Source: Squalus acanthias | Lineage: Eukaryota | Length of the DNA: 64,000 nt | NCBI GenBank assembly: GCA_030390025.1 | Contig: JASTWF010000033.1 | Span: 1,428,001 to 1,492,000, forward strand | Reading direction: 5' to 3' | In this document: one piece after another, positions 36,583 to 49,100 of the stretch | How the letters are laid out: each line of letters starts with the position of its first letter | Numbering within the stretch: position 1 is the first letter of the stretch | Notes under the pieces: model-generated | Seen by the model: the letters and a program-made list of their open reading frames with translations, nothing else | What the model was told of the DNA's origin: nothing | Database searches by the model: none | Program-made: the position numbers and the translations under genes

Positions 36583-38193
36583 CTACCGTCTTCTGCGCTT
36601 TCCCGCTCCCCGTGACCGGAGCCCTGTGCTGCGAATTGAAAGGGCCCTGTGTGCCATCTCTTGCCCTTCAGCAATTGCCTCCTGACAGGGATGCTGCTGC
36701 TGCTGCTGCTGCAAGGCAACGTTTGCTTGCATCACAACTGGTGTAGCAGCTGGCTCTTGGGCCCGCACTGTTTCTGTGCTGGGAGCCGGTTAGGGCGGTT
36801 CTGCGGGAGTCAAAGTAATAGTAGCAGAAAGTGGTTTAAGCATATCCAAGAGTCCAACGAGAGACTCATTTATTTGATTAAGCTCCATTCCCACATCTGG
36901 TTTGTGCAAGAGTCCAATGACAGACTCATTTATTTGATTAAGTGAAATGCCAATAGAATCCATTCCCTGCCTGATCGAGGCAAGAGAGTCAACTTTCTTC
37001 TCAGTAAGAGAACACATCGATTGCCTCAAACCTTCAAGATGCTGCATCTGACCTTGTAACTCATTCTGTTCTGTTGCATGGATATCTGCTTCTCCCACAT
37101 GCACTGCAGTATCAAGCTGGTGTCTGTCTGGCACAGAGCCAGAGGGGCCAGGAGATGGAGAGGACCTCTCCAGCAACCCAGATTCCATACCCTCCTCTTC
37201 CACAACATCAACAAGTTGCTCCTGCTCCTCCACCACCAACACCTCACTCACTGCTCCCATTGCATCAGCAACCCCTTCACCAATGCCCTCTGCGGCTGCA
37301 GACTCAAAGCACAGCTCATCCCGTGTGTGAGAAGTCTGCTGTGCACCTGTGGAAAGGAAACAGTAAACATTTGCAAAGGTAAAGCATGATGTGCTACATC
37401 ACGGAAGCTGATATTCAACACACATCTAACATTTTTAAACATATAGCAGGCCAGAGCAACTCACGGTTATGCATACCAGTGTCGGTTCGTACACCTTCAA
37501 AGGGGCAGCCGCTACTAAATCCAAACAGATGCACGACCCTTTCCTCATGTTCGGATAAAGCCCTTAACGTGACAACACCACCGCCTGTCAGTGCACGTTC
37601 TCTGGTGTTGTGAGCAGTTTTACTCTAAAATGAAAACAGGAAATATGAAATGTCATGAAATGTCAGCTTTTTCTGCAGACTACACCCAAAGTGCATTGGG
37701 ACACAACTTTGCAGACAGTGGTTTTGTTTTACTCACTAAACAACTCAAAGCAGTGGAATCAAGATAAGAGCACAATGGATGACTCTGAGCTGGCCCCAAA
37801 AGCCATAAAAATTTATTGGAAGCTCATGTGCCTGCAATGAAGTCACTTGAGTAAACAAACACCTACATATATATTTTAAAAACTAGTTCAGTTAAATTGA
37901 AAGACATTTTACAGTTGACTTTTGTAATAACTATACAAATCTTGACAGTTCACAATAAATCACTGAAGTTCTTGCGGCATTGTTCCGCTGTCCGTGGAAT
38001 GGTGGAGTTCGCGCTGACAGCCTGGGCAACCTCTTTCCAAGCTAACATCTGGCCTTTTCGCGGCGCCTTCGACTTCTCAGTTCCAATAAACGGCAGCCAG
38101 CTTCGCCTCAACCTCGTTGAGGAGTGTGCTGAGATCATCGTCACTGAAATTGTGAGTTCTTTTGATAATGTGAATTGTGCTCATTCCAGCCAT
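36583..38193 (-). pseudogene. Harbinger Myb/SANT-like (trihelix) DNA-binding protein gene, three coding exons (~38193-37940, 37624-37477, 37346-36583)
   Basis: Exon 1 KRTHNFSDDDLSTLLNEVE...AWKEVAQAVSA...RTAEQCRKNFSDL. Exon 2 KTAHNTRERALTGGG with TTTTAG/GTATGC splice sites. Exon 3 splices in frame into the acidic ORF 37260-36790 and ends RSRGAGKRRRR. One frameshift and two premature stops. Confidence 0.8.
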
Positions 38194-39075
38194 TTAACTT
38201 TGCTGATTAAATAAAATAAAATGAATGAAAAAAATGCTTGCAGGGCTTTTAAAACTATTTAAATTACTTCAAATCTCTTCAAAACTGTTTAAAATTCTTC
38301 CAATTCATGTAAAAGTCTTTAAAAGTTTGTAAAAGTTAGCAAAACATGCATTTAACTACAAAGAGAAAACTTACTGTTGATAGCAATGTACTGCAGATGC
38401 TGGAAATCCTTTGTTTCTATTTCCAAAGCTTGCCATTTCGTAAAAAAAATTGGGGGCGTGGCCTATGCAAATGCGACTTCGGAGGGCGTGTCTTCACTGC
38501 CCTCCGCTCGGGCGGCTCCGCGCACGTTGCGCTCCAGGGCGGTGTGACGTCAGACGCTGCCCAGGAGTGCTCTTCAAAAAATCAGAAGTTCCTGTGGGGG
38601 CAAAGCAGACGGCAGACGTGGTAGGTGATATCGCGCGCGATCCTTACCCCCGCGGCAAGATGGAGAGGCGAATTTCTGGGCCAATGTAATTAATATAAAG
38701 AGAGAAAAACTACTAGAGAAACTTATGGGACTGAAAACCGATAAATCCCCTGGACCTGACGGCCTACATCCTAGGGTTCTAAAAGAAGTGGCTGCAGAGA
38801 TAGTGGATGCATTTGTTGTGGTCTTCCAAAAATCCCTAGATTCTGAAACAGTCCCAGCGAATTGGAAGGTCGCAAATGGATGGAACACCTCTATTCAAGA
38901 AAGGAGGGAGAGAAAACACAGGGAAGTACAGGCCAGTTAGCCTGACATCAGTCATCGCGAAAATGCTGGAATCCATTTTTCAGGAAGTGGTATCAAGTCA
39001 TTTAGAAAATCAAAACATGATTAGGCAAAGTCAGCATGGTTTTATGAAAGGGAAATCGTGTATTACAAATTTATT

Positions 39076-42000
39076 TGCAGCCACACAGAAAATTAGTTCT
39101 CAGGTGACTGATGAGCCCAGTGCGGGACCTACAGTCTCTGTCACAGGTGGGGCAGACGTTGTTTGAAGGGGCGGGTGGGTGGGGTGCTTGGGTTGACGTG
39201 CGCTCCTTCCGCCGTTTGCGCTTCACTTTCGCTTGCTCCCGGCGAAGAGACTCGAGATGTTCGGTGCTTTCCCGGATGCTTCTCCTCGACTTTGTGCAGT
39301 CTTGGGCCAGGGATCCCCATGTGTCGGTGGGGATATTGCACTTTTTCAAGGAGGCGTTAAAGCGTTTCCTCAGCCCACCAATGCTCTCTTGACGGGTCGG
39401 AGGTCCGAGTACTGCGCTTGTTTTGGGAGTCTCGTATCGGGCATGAGGATATTGTGGCCCGTCCATCGGAGCTGATCGAGCGTGGTCAAAGCTTCGATGC
39501 TGGGAATGTTGGCCTGAGCGAGAACACTGACGTTGGTGCGCCTATCCTAGAAACATAGAAACATAGAAGATAGGAGCAGGAGTAGGACATTCGGCCCGTC
39601 GAGCCTGCTCCACCATTCAATGCGACCATGGCTGTATATTCAAATTCAGTACCCTGTCCCTGCTTTCTTCCCGTATCGCTTGATCACCTTAGCCTTAAGA
39701 AATATATCTAACTCCTTCTTGAATATATTTAATGAATTGGACTCAACTGTCTTCTGTGGTAGAGAATTCCACAGGTTCACCACTCTCTGGATGAAGAAAT
39801 TCCTCCTCATCTCAGTCCTAAATGGCTTACCCCTTATCCTTAGACTGTGACTCTTGGATCTGGACTCCCCCACCATCGGGAACATCCTTCCTGCATCTAG
39901 TCTGTCTAGTCCTGTTAGAATTTTATAAGTTTCAATGAGATCCCCTCTCATTCTTCTAAACTCTAGCGAACACAAGCCCAATCGACCCAATCTCTCTTTA
40001 ATCGTCATTCCTGCCATCCCAGGTGTCAGTCTGGTGAATCAATGCTGCACTCTCTCCATGGCAAGAACATCCTTCCTCAGATAAGGCGACCAAAACTGCA
40101 CACAATTCTCAAAGTGTGCTCTTACCAAGGCCCTGTACAACTGCAGCAAGACATCCTTGTTCCTGTACTCGAATCCTTTCGCTATGAAGGTCAACATATC
40201 ATTTGCCTTCTTAACCGCCTGCTGCACCTGCATGCTTACCTTCAGCGACTGGTGCACAAGGACACCCAGATCTCGTTGCACTTACCCTTTTCCCACTCTA
40301 TTGCCGTTAAGATAATAATCTGCCTTCCTGTTTTTGCCACCAAAGTGGATAACCTCGCATTTATCCTCATTATACTGCATCTGCCATGCATCTGCCCTAT
40401 CACCCAACCTGTCCAAATCATCCTGGAGTATATCTGCATCCTTCTCACAGCAGACACGCGCACCCAGCTTTGTGTCGTCTGCAAACTTCGAGATATTACA
40501 TCTAGTTCCCTCGTCTATATTATTAATATATAGCGTGAATAACTCGGGTCCTAACACTGATCCCTGCGGTACCCCACTAGTCAATGCCACTCGGAAATAG
40601 ACCCCTTTATTCCAACTCTTTTCTTCCGGTCTGCCAACCAGTTTTCTATCCAAGACAGTACCTTACCGCCAATCCCGTGAGCTTTAACTTTGCACGCTAT
40701 CTCTTATGCGGGACCTTATCGAAAGCCTTCTGAAAGTCCAAATACACCACATCCACTGGTTCTCCCTTATCTATTCTACCAGTTACATCCTCAAAAAATT
40801 CCAGTAGATTAGTCAAGCATGATTTTGTAAATGCATTTTGACTTTGTGCGATCCTGTCACTGTTTTCCAAGTGCTCTGCTATTACATCTTTTATAATGGA
40901 CTCTAGCATTTTCCCCACTGCCGATGTCAGGCTTACAGGTCTATAATTCCCTATTTTCTCTCTACCACCATTTTTAAATAGTGGGATTACTTTAGCTACC
41001 CTCCAATCCATGGGAACTGTTCCAGAGTCTATAGAATTTTGGAAGATGACCAGCAATGCATCTACTATTTCTAGGGCCACTTCCTTAAGTACACTAGGAT
41101 GTAGATTATCAGGCCCTGGGGATTTATCGATCTTCAGTCCGGTCAATTTCCCTGACACCATTACCCTACAAAAACTGATTTCATTCAGTTCCTCCCTCTC
41201 ATTAGACCCTATGTTCCCCGATATCAATGGGAGGTTACTTGTGTCCTCATTTTTGAAGACAGAATCAAAGTATGTATTTAATTGTTCTCCCATTACTTTG
41301 TTCCCCACTATAAATTCTCCTGATTCTGACCGCAAGGGACGTACGCTTGACTTCACCAATCTTTTTCCCTTCAGATATGTATAAACGCTTTTATAATCAG
41401 TTTATTTGTTCCCTGGAAGCTTCCTCTCATACTCTATTTCCCCCCTCTTAATTAAGCCCTTTATCGTCCTTTGCTGAATCCTAAACTGTTCCAATGCTCA
41501 GGTTTGTTGCTTTTCTGGCCTATTTTATGTCCTCTCTCTGGATCTTATGGTATCCCTAATCTCCCTTGTTAGCTACGGTTTAGTCACCTTATTTTTAATT
41601 TTTATGCCAAACAGGAATGAACAAATTCTGTAGTTCATCCATGCAATCTTTAAATGATTGCCATTGCCTATCCACCGTCAACCATTTAAGTAACGTTCGA
41701 TAAACCATCCTAGCTAACTCGCGCCTCATACCATCGTAGTTTCCTTTATTTAAATTCAGGGCCCTAGACTCTGAGTCAACTGCTTCACTCTTCATCTTAA
41801 ACAAGAATTCTATCATATGATGATCGCTCCTCCCCAAATGGCCTCGCACAGCATGATTGCTAATTAATCCTTTCTCATTATATAATACCCAGTCTAAGAT
41901 GACCTGGTCTCTAGTTGGCTTCTCGACATATTGGTCCAGGAAACCATCCCGTATACACTCTAGGAATTCCTCCTCCACAGTATTGTTACTAATTTGGTTA

Positions 42001-45000
42001 GCCAAATCTATATGCAGATTAAAGTCATCAATGATAACTGCTGTGCCCTTATTGCACGCGTCTCTAATTTCCCATTTAATGCCATCCCCAACCTTAGCTT
42101 TACTGTTTGGGTGTCTGTATACAACTCCCACAAACGTTTTCTGCCCCTTGTTATTTCTCATCTCTACCCAGACAGATTCCACATCATCACAGCTAATATC
42201 CTTCCTTACAATTGTATTAATCTCCTCTTTAACCAGCAATGCTACCCCACCTCCTTTTCCTTTTTGCCTGTCCTTCCTGAATATTGAGTAACCCTGGATG
42301 TTGAATTCCCAGCCTTGGTCACCCTGGAGCCATGTCTCCGTAATCCCAATTATATCATATCCGTTTACATCCATTTGCACAGCTAATTCATCCAACTTAT
42401 TACGAATGCTCCTCGCATTAAGACACAAAGCTTTCAGGATTATTTTTTAACACTCTTAGATCATTTAGAAATATTGTTTACTGTGTCCATGTTTGATTTG
42501 CACCCTTTGTTCTCTGCCTTCCACTTTTGCTTTTCTCCTTCCTGTCTTGTGTTTCTATCCTGGCTTCCCTTTCCTCTGTCTCCCTGCACAGGTTCCCAAG
42601 CCCCTGCCATTTTAGTTTAAACACTCCACAACAGCACTAGCAAACACTCCCCCCAGGACATGTGTCCCGGTCCTGCCCAATGCCAAACCGTCCAGTTTGT
42701 ACTAGTCCGACCTCCCCCAGAACCCGTTCCAATGTCCCAGGAATTTGAATCCCTCCCCCTTGCACTATTCTTCTAGCCACGTGTTCATCTGAATTAACCT
42801 TCTATTTCTACTGTGACTCGTACGTGGCACTGGTAGCAATCCTGAGATTACTACCTTTGACGTCCTTTTTTTAAATTTACGTCCTAACTCCCTATATTCA
42901 CCTTTTAGGACCTCATCCCGTTTTTTACCTATATCGTTGGTACCTATATGCACCACGACAACTGGCTGTTCCCCCTCCCCCTCCAGAATGCCGTGCAGCC
43001 GCTCCGAGACATCCTTGACCCTTGCACCAGGGAGGCAACATACCATCCCGGAGTCTCGTTTGCGGCCGCAGAAACGCCTATCTATTCCCCTTACAATATA
43101 ATCCCCTATCACTATAGCTCTCCGGCTCTTTTTCCTCCCCTCCTGTGCAGCAGAACCACCCTGCCAATGGATTTGCAGGCTCTTGCGGAGGCAGCGTTGG
43201 TGGTACCTCTCCATTGCTTTTAGGTGCCTGCTGTACATAGTCCATGTCTCTGAAGCATACAGGAGGGCGGGTATCACTACTGCTCTGCATACCATGAACT
43301 TGGTGCTGTGTTTGAGGTCCTGGTCTTCATGCACTCTCTTCCTCAGTAGACCGGTGCCTTCACTGGCACACAGAAGGCGGTGTTGGTCTTCGTCATCGAC
43401 GTCTGCCCTTGTTCACAATAGGCTCCCAAGGTATGGAAAGTGGTCCACGTTGTCCAAGGCCTCGTCATGGAATTTGATAATCGCGGGGCAGTACTGTGTG
43501 GTGTGGGCAGGTTGGTAGAGGAACTTTGTCTTACGCATGTTGAGTGTAAGGCCCATGCTCTATCTAGTAAGCTTCAGTAAAGGTGTTGATGATGGTTTGG
43601 AGTTCGACCTCAGAGTGTCTGCAGACGAATGCATCTTCTGCATAATGTAATTCGACGACAGAGGATGGGACCACCTTGTATCTGGACTGCAGGCGACGGA
43701 GGTTGAACAGTTTCTCGCTTGTTCTGTAGATTAGCTGTACTCCAGCGGGGAGCTTACCGAGGGTGAGAATGAACATTGCAGCAAGGAAGATCGAGAAGAG
43801 CGTTGGTGCGATGACACAGCCTTGGTTGACCCCGCTCCGTATGTGAATTAGGTCTGTGGTGTATCCGTTGGTCAGGATCATGGCTTGCATGTCGTCGTGA
43901 AGCAGGCGGAGGATGGTGACAAACTTCTGATGGCAGCCGAATTTGAGGTGGACACTCCATAATCCATCAAGGTTGACAGTGTCGATGGCCGTTTTGAGCT
44001 CAAAGAATGCCATGTTCAGCGGTTGGTGCTGTTCCCCGCATTTCTCTTGTAGTTGACACGCGGTGAATATCATGTCCATTGTGCCCCTTAGTGGGCGGAA
44101 TCCGCATTGCGACTCCTGGAGGAGTTCTTCAGCCACTGGGAGAAGGCGATTGAGGAGAATTCTTGCGAAGCCTTTCCCTGTGGCAGAAAGTAGACAGACT
44201 CCTCTGTAATTACCTTAATCGGACTTGTCACCTTTATTGAAGATGGTCACAATTACGGCGTCTCTGAGATCCCTTGGCATGCTCAGCTCATTCGAAATAA
44301 GAGAAATGAGTTCATGTATTCGCGCCAATACTGCTTCTCCGCCATGCTTTAGTCCCTCGGCAGGGATCCCATCAGCTCCTGAAGCCTTGTTGTTCTTCAG
44401 TTGTTGGATGGCCTTTTCAACCTCATGCCGGGCTTGGATTGTGCTGAGATGGTGGCGGGTAGCATGCTGCGGGATGGAGTTGAGGACAGTTGCGTCAATG
44501 ACAGAGCCTCGGTTAAGGAAATCCTCGAAGTGCTGCTTCCAGCGGGCACTGATTGCCTCTCTGTCCTTGATGAGTACCTCTCCATTCTTGGCCAGCAGTG
44601 GGGTTTAACCTCGGGTGCTTTGGCCATAGTTTGCCTTGACTGCGCTAAAGAATCCACGCACGTCGTGGTTGTCGGCTAGCTGTTGGATCTCCTGCGCTTT
44701 CTCCACCCAGCATCTGTTCTTTAGGTCGTGAGCTTTTTGTTGGACCTCAGCCTTCAGGCGTCTGTAGAGCTCCTTTCTTGCTCTCGAGTTCTGCTGCTGT
44801 TTCCAGATCAGGAATGCCTTGCGCTTGTGGCTTACCAGCTCCTGGATCTCCCGGTCGTTCTCGTCGATCCAGACTTGGTGTTCCCTGGTCGAGTGAATGA
44901 GCGTCTCTTCACAGCTGCTGATTATGGTGGCCTTGAGTGCAAACCAGGCTCTGTGGACTCTCTGTGTCTCTGAATCACTGGGAGTCGTCAGGCTGGATGT

Positions 45001-46015
45001 GAGGCTGAGGCTGAATAGGGCTTTCTTAGCGGGATATTTGAATGCTCCAGTATTGATTTTCCTGCGGCATTGCTTCTGTTGCCGCGCTGTTTTGGGGCTA
45101 CGTTGATGGAGATGGCAGAGCGGATTAAGCGGTGATCTGTCCAGCAGCCGTCAGCTCCTGTCATGGCGCAGATGATGCGGACATCCTTGCGGTCCCTCGC
45201 TCGGACGATGACGTAGCCCAGCAGATATCAGTGCTTAGAGCGAGGGTGTTGCCATGAAGCCTTGTACTTGTCTCTCTGACGGAACAATGTGTTGGTTATG
45301 ACAAGGCAAAGTTCTAAACATTTCGACAGGAGGAGGGTACCGATGGAGTTGGCTTTCCCTACCCCCTCTCTGCCGATCACACCACCCAGAGTTCTGTGTC
45401 CTTTCAACTCTGTCGTTAAAATCGCCAAGGAGGATCAGCTTGTCGCCCGTTGGGACTCGGGACAGGGATTGTACGAGGCTGCAGTATAATTCCTCTTTGG
45501 TCTCGTCTGTAGCTTCCAGTGTTGGGCGTATAAACTGATGACTTTAGCACACTGGTTCCGGGTTAGGTTGAGCCGAAGAGTCACGAGGGGAGTCTCTGAG
45601 ACGTCCAAGTAGTTATTTTTTTAAGTCGAAGACTACCCCATGGAGGCGGCGTTCTACTTCAGGTTTGCCTTTCCAGAAGAGGGTGTAACCACCACCTTGC
45701 TCCTTGAGCTGGCCTTCCCCTGCCTGCCAGGTCTCGCTTTGGGCAACGATGTCTATGTCAAAACGTCTGCGCTCCCGGGCAACGATAGCAGTACGGCGTT
45801 CCGGTCTGTCACTGTTGAGCTTGTACATGAGGGTCCTGATGTTCCAGATCCTAAACTTAATTTTAAAGGGTGGAAGGTGCCTGTGCGCGAATTCTTTTAA
45901 CGTGGGGTGGCCGTTGCATATCAGCTACCACAAGGGCTTGACAGACCAAAGTCTTGGTCCAATGCCAAGGGGATCCAGACGATTGGAGACCAGGCTCTGC
46001 TACATCGGCCTAGCA
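39076..46015 (-). mobile_element. RTE-clade LINE, near full length, split by a CR1; RTE parts are 46015-43161 and 39547-39076
   Basis: EN WNIRTL...ERRTAIVARE...DIDIVAQSET; RT ESQCGFRPLRGTMDMIF, GVNQGCVIAPTLFSI, LHYAED and LLYASETWT; C-terminal CPTCDRDCRSRTGLISHLRT. Confidence 0.9.
39548..43160 (-). mobile_element. CR1 LINE (esterase, EN, RT, 3' UTR, (TAGAAACA)n tail) inserted in the RTE
   Basis: Long ORFs 41595-42428 (EN), 40697-41359 and 40282-40653 (RT); tail TAGAAACATAGAAACATAGAA at 39548. Confidence 0.94.
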
Positions 46016-46159
46016 CACACACACACTCACATACTCCTACTGTCCTCCTCCCTCCTTCCCGCAGGTCCTCTCTGCCTTGGTTTCATAGGCTGTAGTATGG
46101 AACTCCCGAACCCGCTGCTGGTCCACGTTGCGCCACTCCTGGACCTCGAACTCGCTGCA

Positions 46160-49100
46160 GGGCTCGTCCTCGCTCCTGGGCCTCGTCCTCGCCCCAGCAC
46201 CTCGTCCTCGGTCCTGTGTCCCCTCCTCGCCCTTGGGCCTCGTCCTCGCTCATGGGTCTCGTCCTCACTCCTGGGTCCTGTGCTCGCTCCTGGGTCTCGT
46301 CCTCGCTCCTGGGTCTCGTCCTCGCTCATGGGTCTCGTCCTCACTCCTGGGTCTCGTCCTCGCTCATAGGTCTCGTCCTCACTCCTGGGTCCTGTCCTCG
46401 CTCCTGGGCTTCGTCCTCGCTCCTGGGTCCCATCCTCGCTCGAGGGTCCCGTCATCGCTCCTGGGCCTCGTCCTCGCTCCTGGGTCCTGTCCTCGCTCCT
46501 GGGCCTCGTCCTCGCTCCTGGGTCTCGTCCTCGCTCCTGGGTCCCGTCCTCGCTCCAGGGTCCCGTCATCGCTCCTGGGCCTCGTCCTCGCTCCTGGGTC
46601 CTGTCCTCGCTCCTGGGCCTCGTCCTCGCTCCTGGGTCTCGTCCTCGCTCCTGGGTCCCGTCCTCGCTCCAGGGTCCCGTCATCGCTCCTGGGTCTCGTC
46701 CTCGCTCCTGAGCTATGCCAATGCTCCAGGGCCTCGTCCTCGCTCCTGGGTCCTGTCCTCGCTCCAGGGTCCCGTCATCGCTCCAGGGCCTCGTGCTCGC
46801 TCCTGGGTCCTGTCCTCGCTCCTGGGCCTCGTCCTCGCTCCTGGGTCCCGTCCTCGCTCCTGGGTCTCGTCCTCGCTCCTGGGCCTCGTCCTCGCTCCTG
46901 GGTCCCGTCCTCGCTCCTGGGTCTCGTCCTCGCTCCTGGGTTCTGTCCTCGCTCCTGGGCCTCGTCCTCGCTCCTGGGTCCCATGCTCGCTCCTGGGTCC
47001 CGTCCTCGCTCCTGGTTCCCGTGCTCGCTCCTGGGTCCTGTCATCGCTCCTGGGCCTCGTCCTCACTCCTGGGTCCTGTCATCGCTCCTGGGTCCCGTGC
47101 TCGCTCCTGGGTCCTGTCATCGCTCCTGGGCCTCGTCCTCGCTCCTGGGTCCTGTCATCGCTCCTGGGCCTCGTCCTCGCTCCTGGGTCCTGTCCTCGCT
47201 CCTGGGTCCTGTCCTCGCTCCTGGGTCCTGTCATCGCTCCTGGGCCTCGTCCTCGCTCCTGGGTCCTGTCCTCGCTCCTGGGTCCTGTCATCGCTCCTGG
47301 GTCCCGTGCTCGCTCCTGGGTCCTGTCATCGCTCCTGGGCCTCGTCCTCGATCCTGGGTCCTATCATCGCTCCTGGGCCTCGTCCTCGCTCCTGGGTCCT
47401 GTCCTCGCTCCTGGGTCCTTTCCTCGCTCCTGGGCCTCGTCCTCGCTCCTGGGTCCCGTCCTCGCTCCTGGGTCCCGTGCTCGCTCCTGGGTCCTGTCAT
47501 CGCTCCTGGGCCTCGTCCTCGCTCCTGGGTCCTGTCATCGCTCCTGGGTCCCGTGCTCGCTCCTGGGACCTGTCATCGCTCCTGGGCCTCGTCCTCGCTC
47601 CTGGGTCCTGTCATCGCTCCTGGGCCTCGTCCTCGCTCCTGGGTCTCGTCCTCGCTCCTGGGTCCTGTCATCGCTCCTGGGTCCTGACCTCGCTCCTGGG
47701 TCCCGTCATCGCTCCTGGGTCCTGTCCTCGCTCTGGGTTCTGTCCTCGCTCCTGTGTCCCGTCCTCGCTCCTGGGTCCTGTCATCGCTCCTGGGCCTCTT
47801 CCTTGCTCCTGGGCCTCGTTATCACTCCTGGGCCTCGTCCTCGTTCCTGGGCCTCGTCCTCGCTCCTGGGCCTCGTCTTCGCTCCTTGGTCTCGTCCTCG
47901 CTCCTGGGCCTCGTCTTCGCTCCTGGGTCCCATGCTCGCTCCTGGGTCCCGTCCTCGCTCCTGGGCCCCGTCCTTGCTCCTGGGCTTCATCCTCGCTCCT
48001 GGGACCCGTCGACGCTCGTGGGCTTCGTCCCTGTTCCTGGGCCTCGTCCTCGCTCCTGGGTCTCGTCCTCGCTCCTGGGTCCCCTCCTCGCTCCTGGGTC
48101 CCGTCCTCGCTCCTGGGTCTCGTCCTCGCTCCTGGGTCCCGTCCTCGCTCCTGGGTCTCGTCCTCACTCCTGGGTCCCGTCCTCGCTCCTGGGTCCCGTG
48201 CTCGCTCCTGGGTCCCGTCATCGCTCCTGGGCCTCGTCCTCGCTCCTCGGTCCTGTCATTGCTCCTGGGTCTCGTCCTCGCTCCTGGGTCCTGTCCTCGC
48301 TTCTGGGTCTCGTCCTCGCTCCTGGGTCCTGTCCTCGCTCCTGGGTCCCTTCCTCGCTCCTGGGTCCTGTCCTCGCTCCTGGGTCCTGTCCTCGCTCCTG
48401 GGTCCCTTCCTCGCTCCTGGGTCCTGTCCTCGCTCCTGGGTCCCGTCCACGCTCCTGGGCTTCTTCCTCGCTCCTGGGACCCGTCCAGTCTCGTGGGCTT
48501 CGTCCCTGCTCCTGGGCCTCGTCCTCGCTCCTGGGTCTCGTCCTCGCTCCTGGGTCCCGTCCTCGCTCCTGGGTCTCGTCCTCGCTCCTGGGTCTCGTCC
48601 TCGCTCCTGGGTCCTGTGCTCGCTCCTGGGTCCCGTCCTCGCTCCTGGGTCTCGTCCTCGCTCCTGGGTCCCGTCCTCGCTCCTGGGTCCTGTCCTCGCT
48701 CCTGGGTCTCGTCCTCGCTCCTGGGTCTCGGCCTCGCTCCTGGGTCCCGTCCACGCTCGTGGGCTTCGTCCTTGCTCCTGGGCCTCGTCCTCGCTCCTGG
48801 GTCTCGTCCTTGCTCCTGGGACTCGTCCTAACTCCTGGGTACTGTCATCGCTCCTGGGCCTCGTCCTCGCTCCTGGGCCTCGTCCTCGCTCCTGGGTCTC
48901 ATCCTCGCTCCTGGGTCCCGTCCTCGCTCCTGGGTCCCGTCCTCGCTCCTGGGTCCCGTCCATGCTCCTGGGCCTCGTCCTCGCTCCAGGGTCTCGTCCT
49001 CGCTCCTGGGTCCCGTCTTCGCTCCTGGGCCTCGTCCTCGCCCCTGGGCCTCGTCATCACTCCTGGGCCTCGTCCTCGCTCCTGGGCCTCGGCCTCGCTC

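Larger units (their letters stand above)
34568..38682 (+). mobile_element. PIF/Harbinger DNA transposon, 4115 bp, defective
   Basis: TIRs GGGGCAGAAATTCG / CGAATTTCTGGGCC; 3-bp TSD AAT (34565-34567, 38683-38685); convergent transposase and Myb-like genes. Confidence 0.93.
32600..39075 (+). mobile_element. CR1 LINE (ORF1 esterase, EN, start of RT) split by the Harbinger insertion; CR1 parts are 32600-34567 and 38683-39075
   Basis: VVVVGDSIVR, HVGTNDIG, YLNAGSIRNK and GIVYRPP motifs. The reading ..DELN|VINIKREKLLEKLMGLKTDKSPGPDG resumes across the insertion. Confidence 0.9.

Noticed and set aside
45900..46015. HDV-like ribozyme in the RTE 5' UTR
   Set aside because: I could not build a convincing nested double pseudoknot by eye; this needs a descriptor search.
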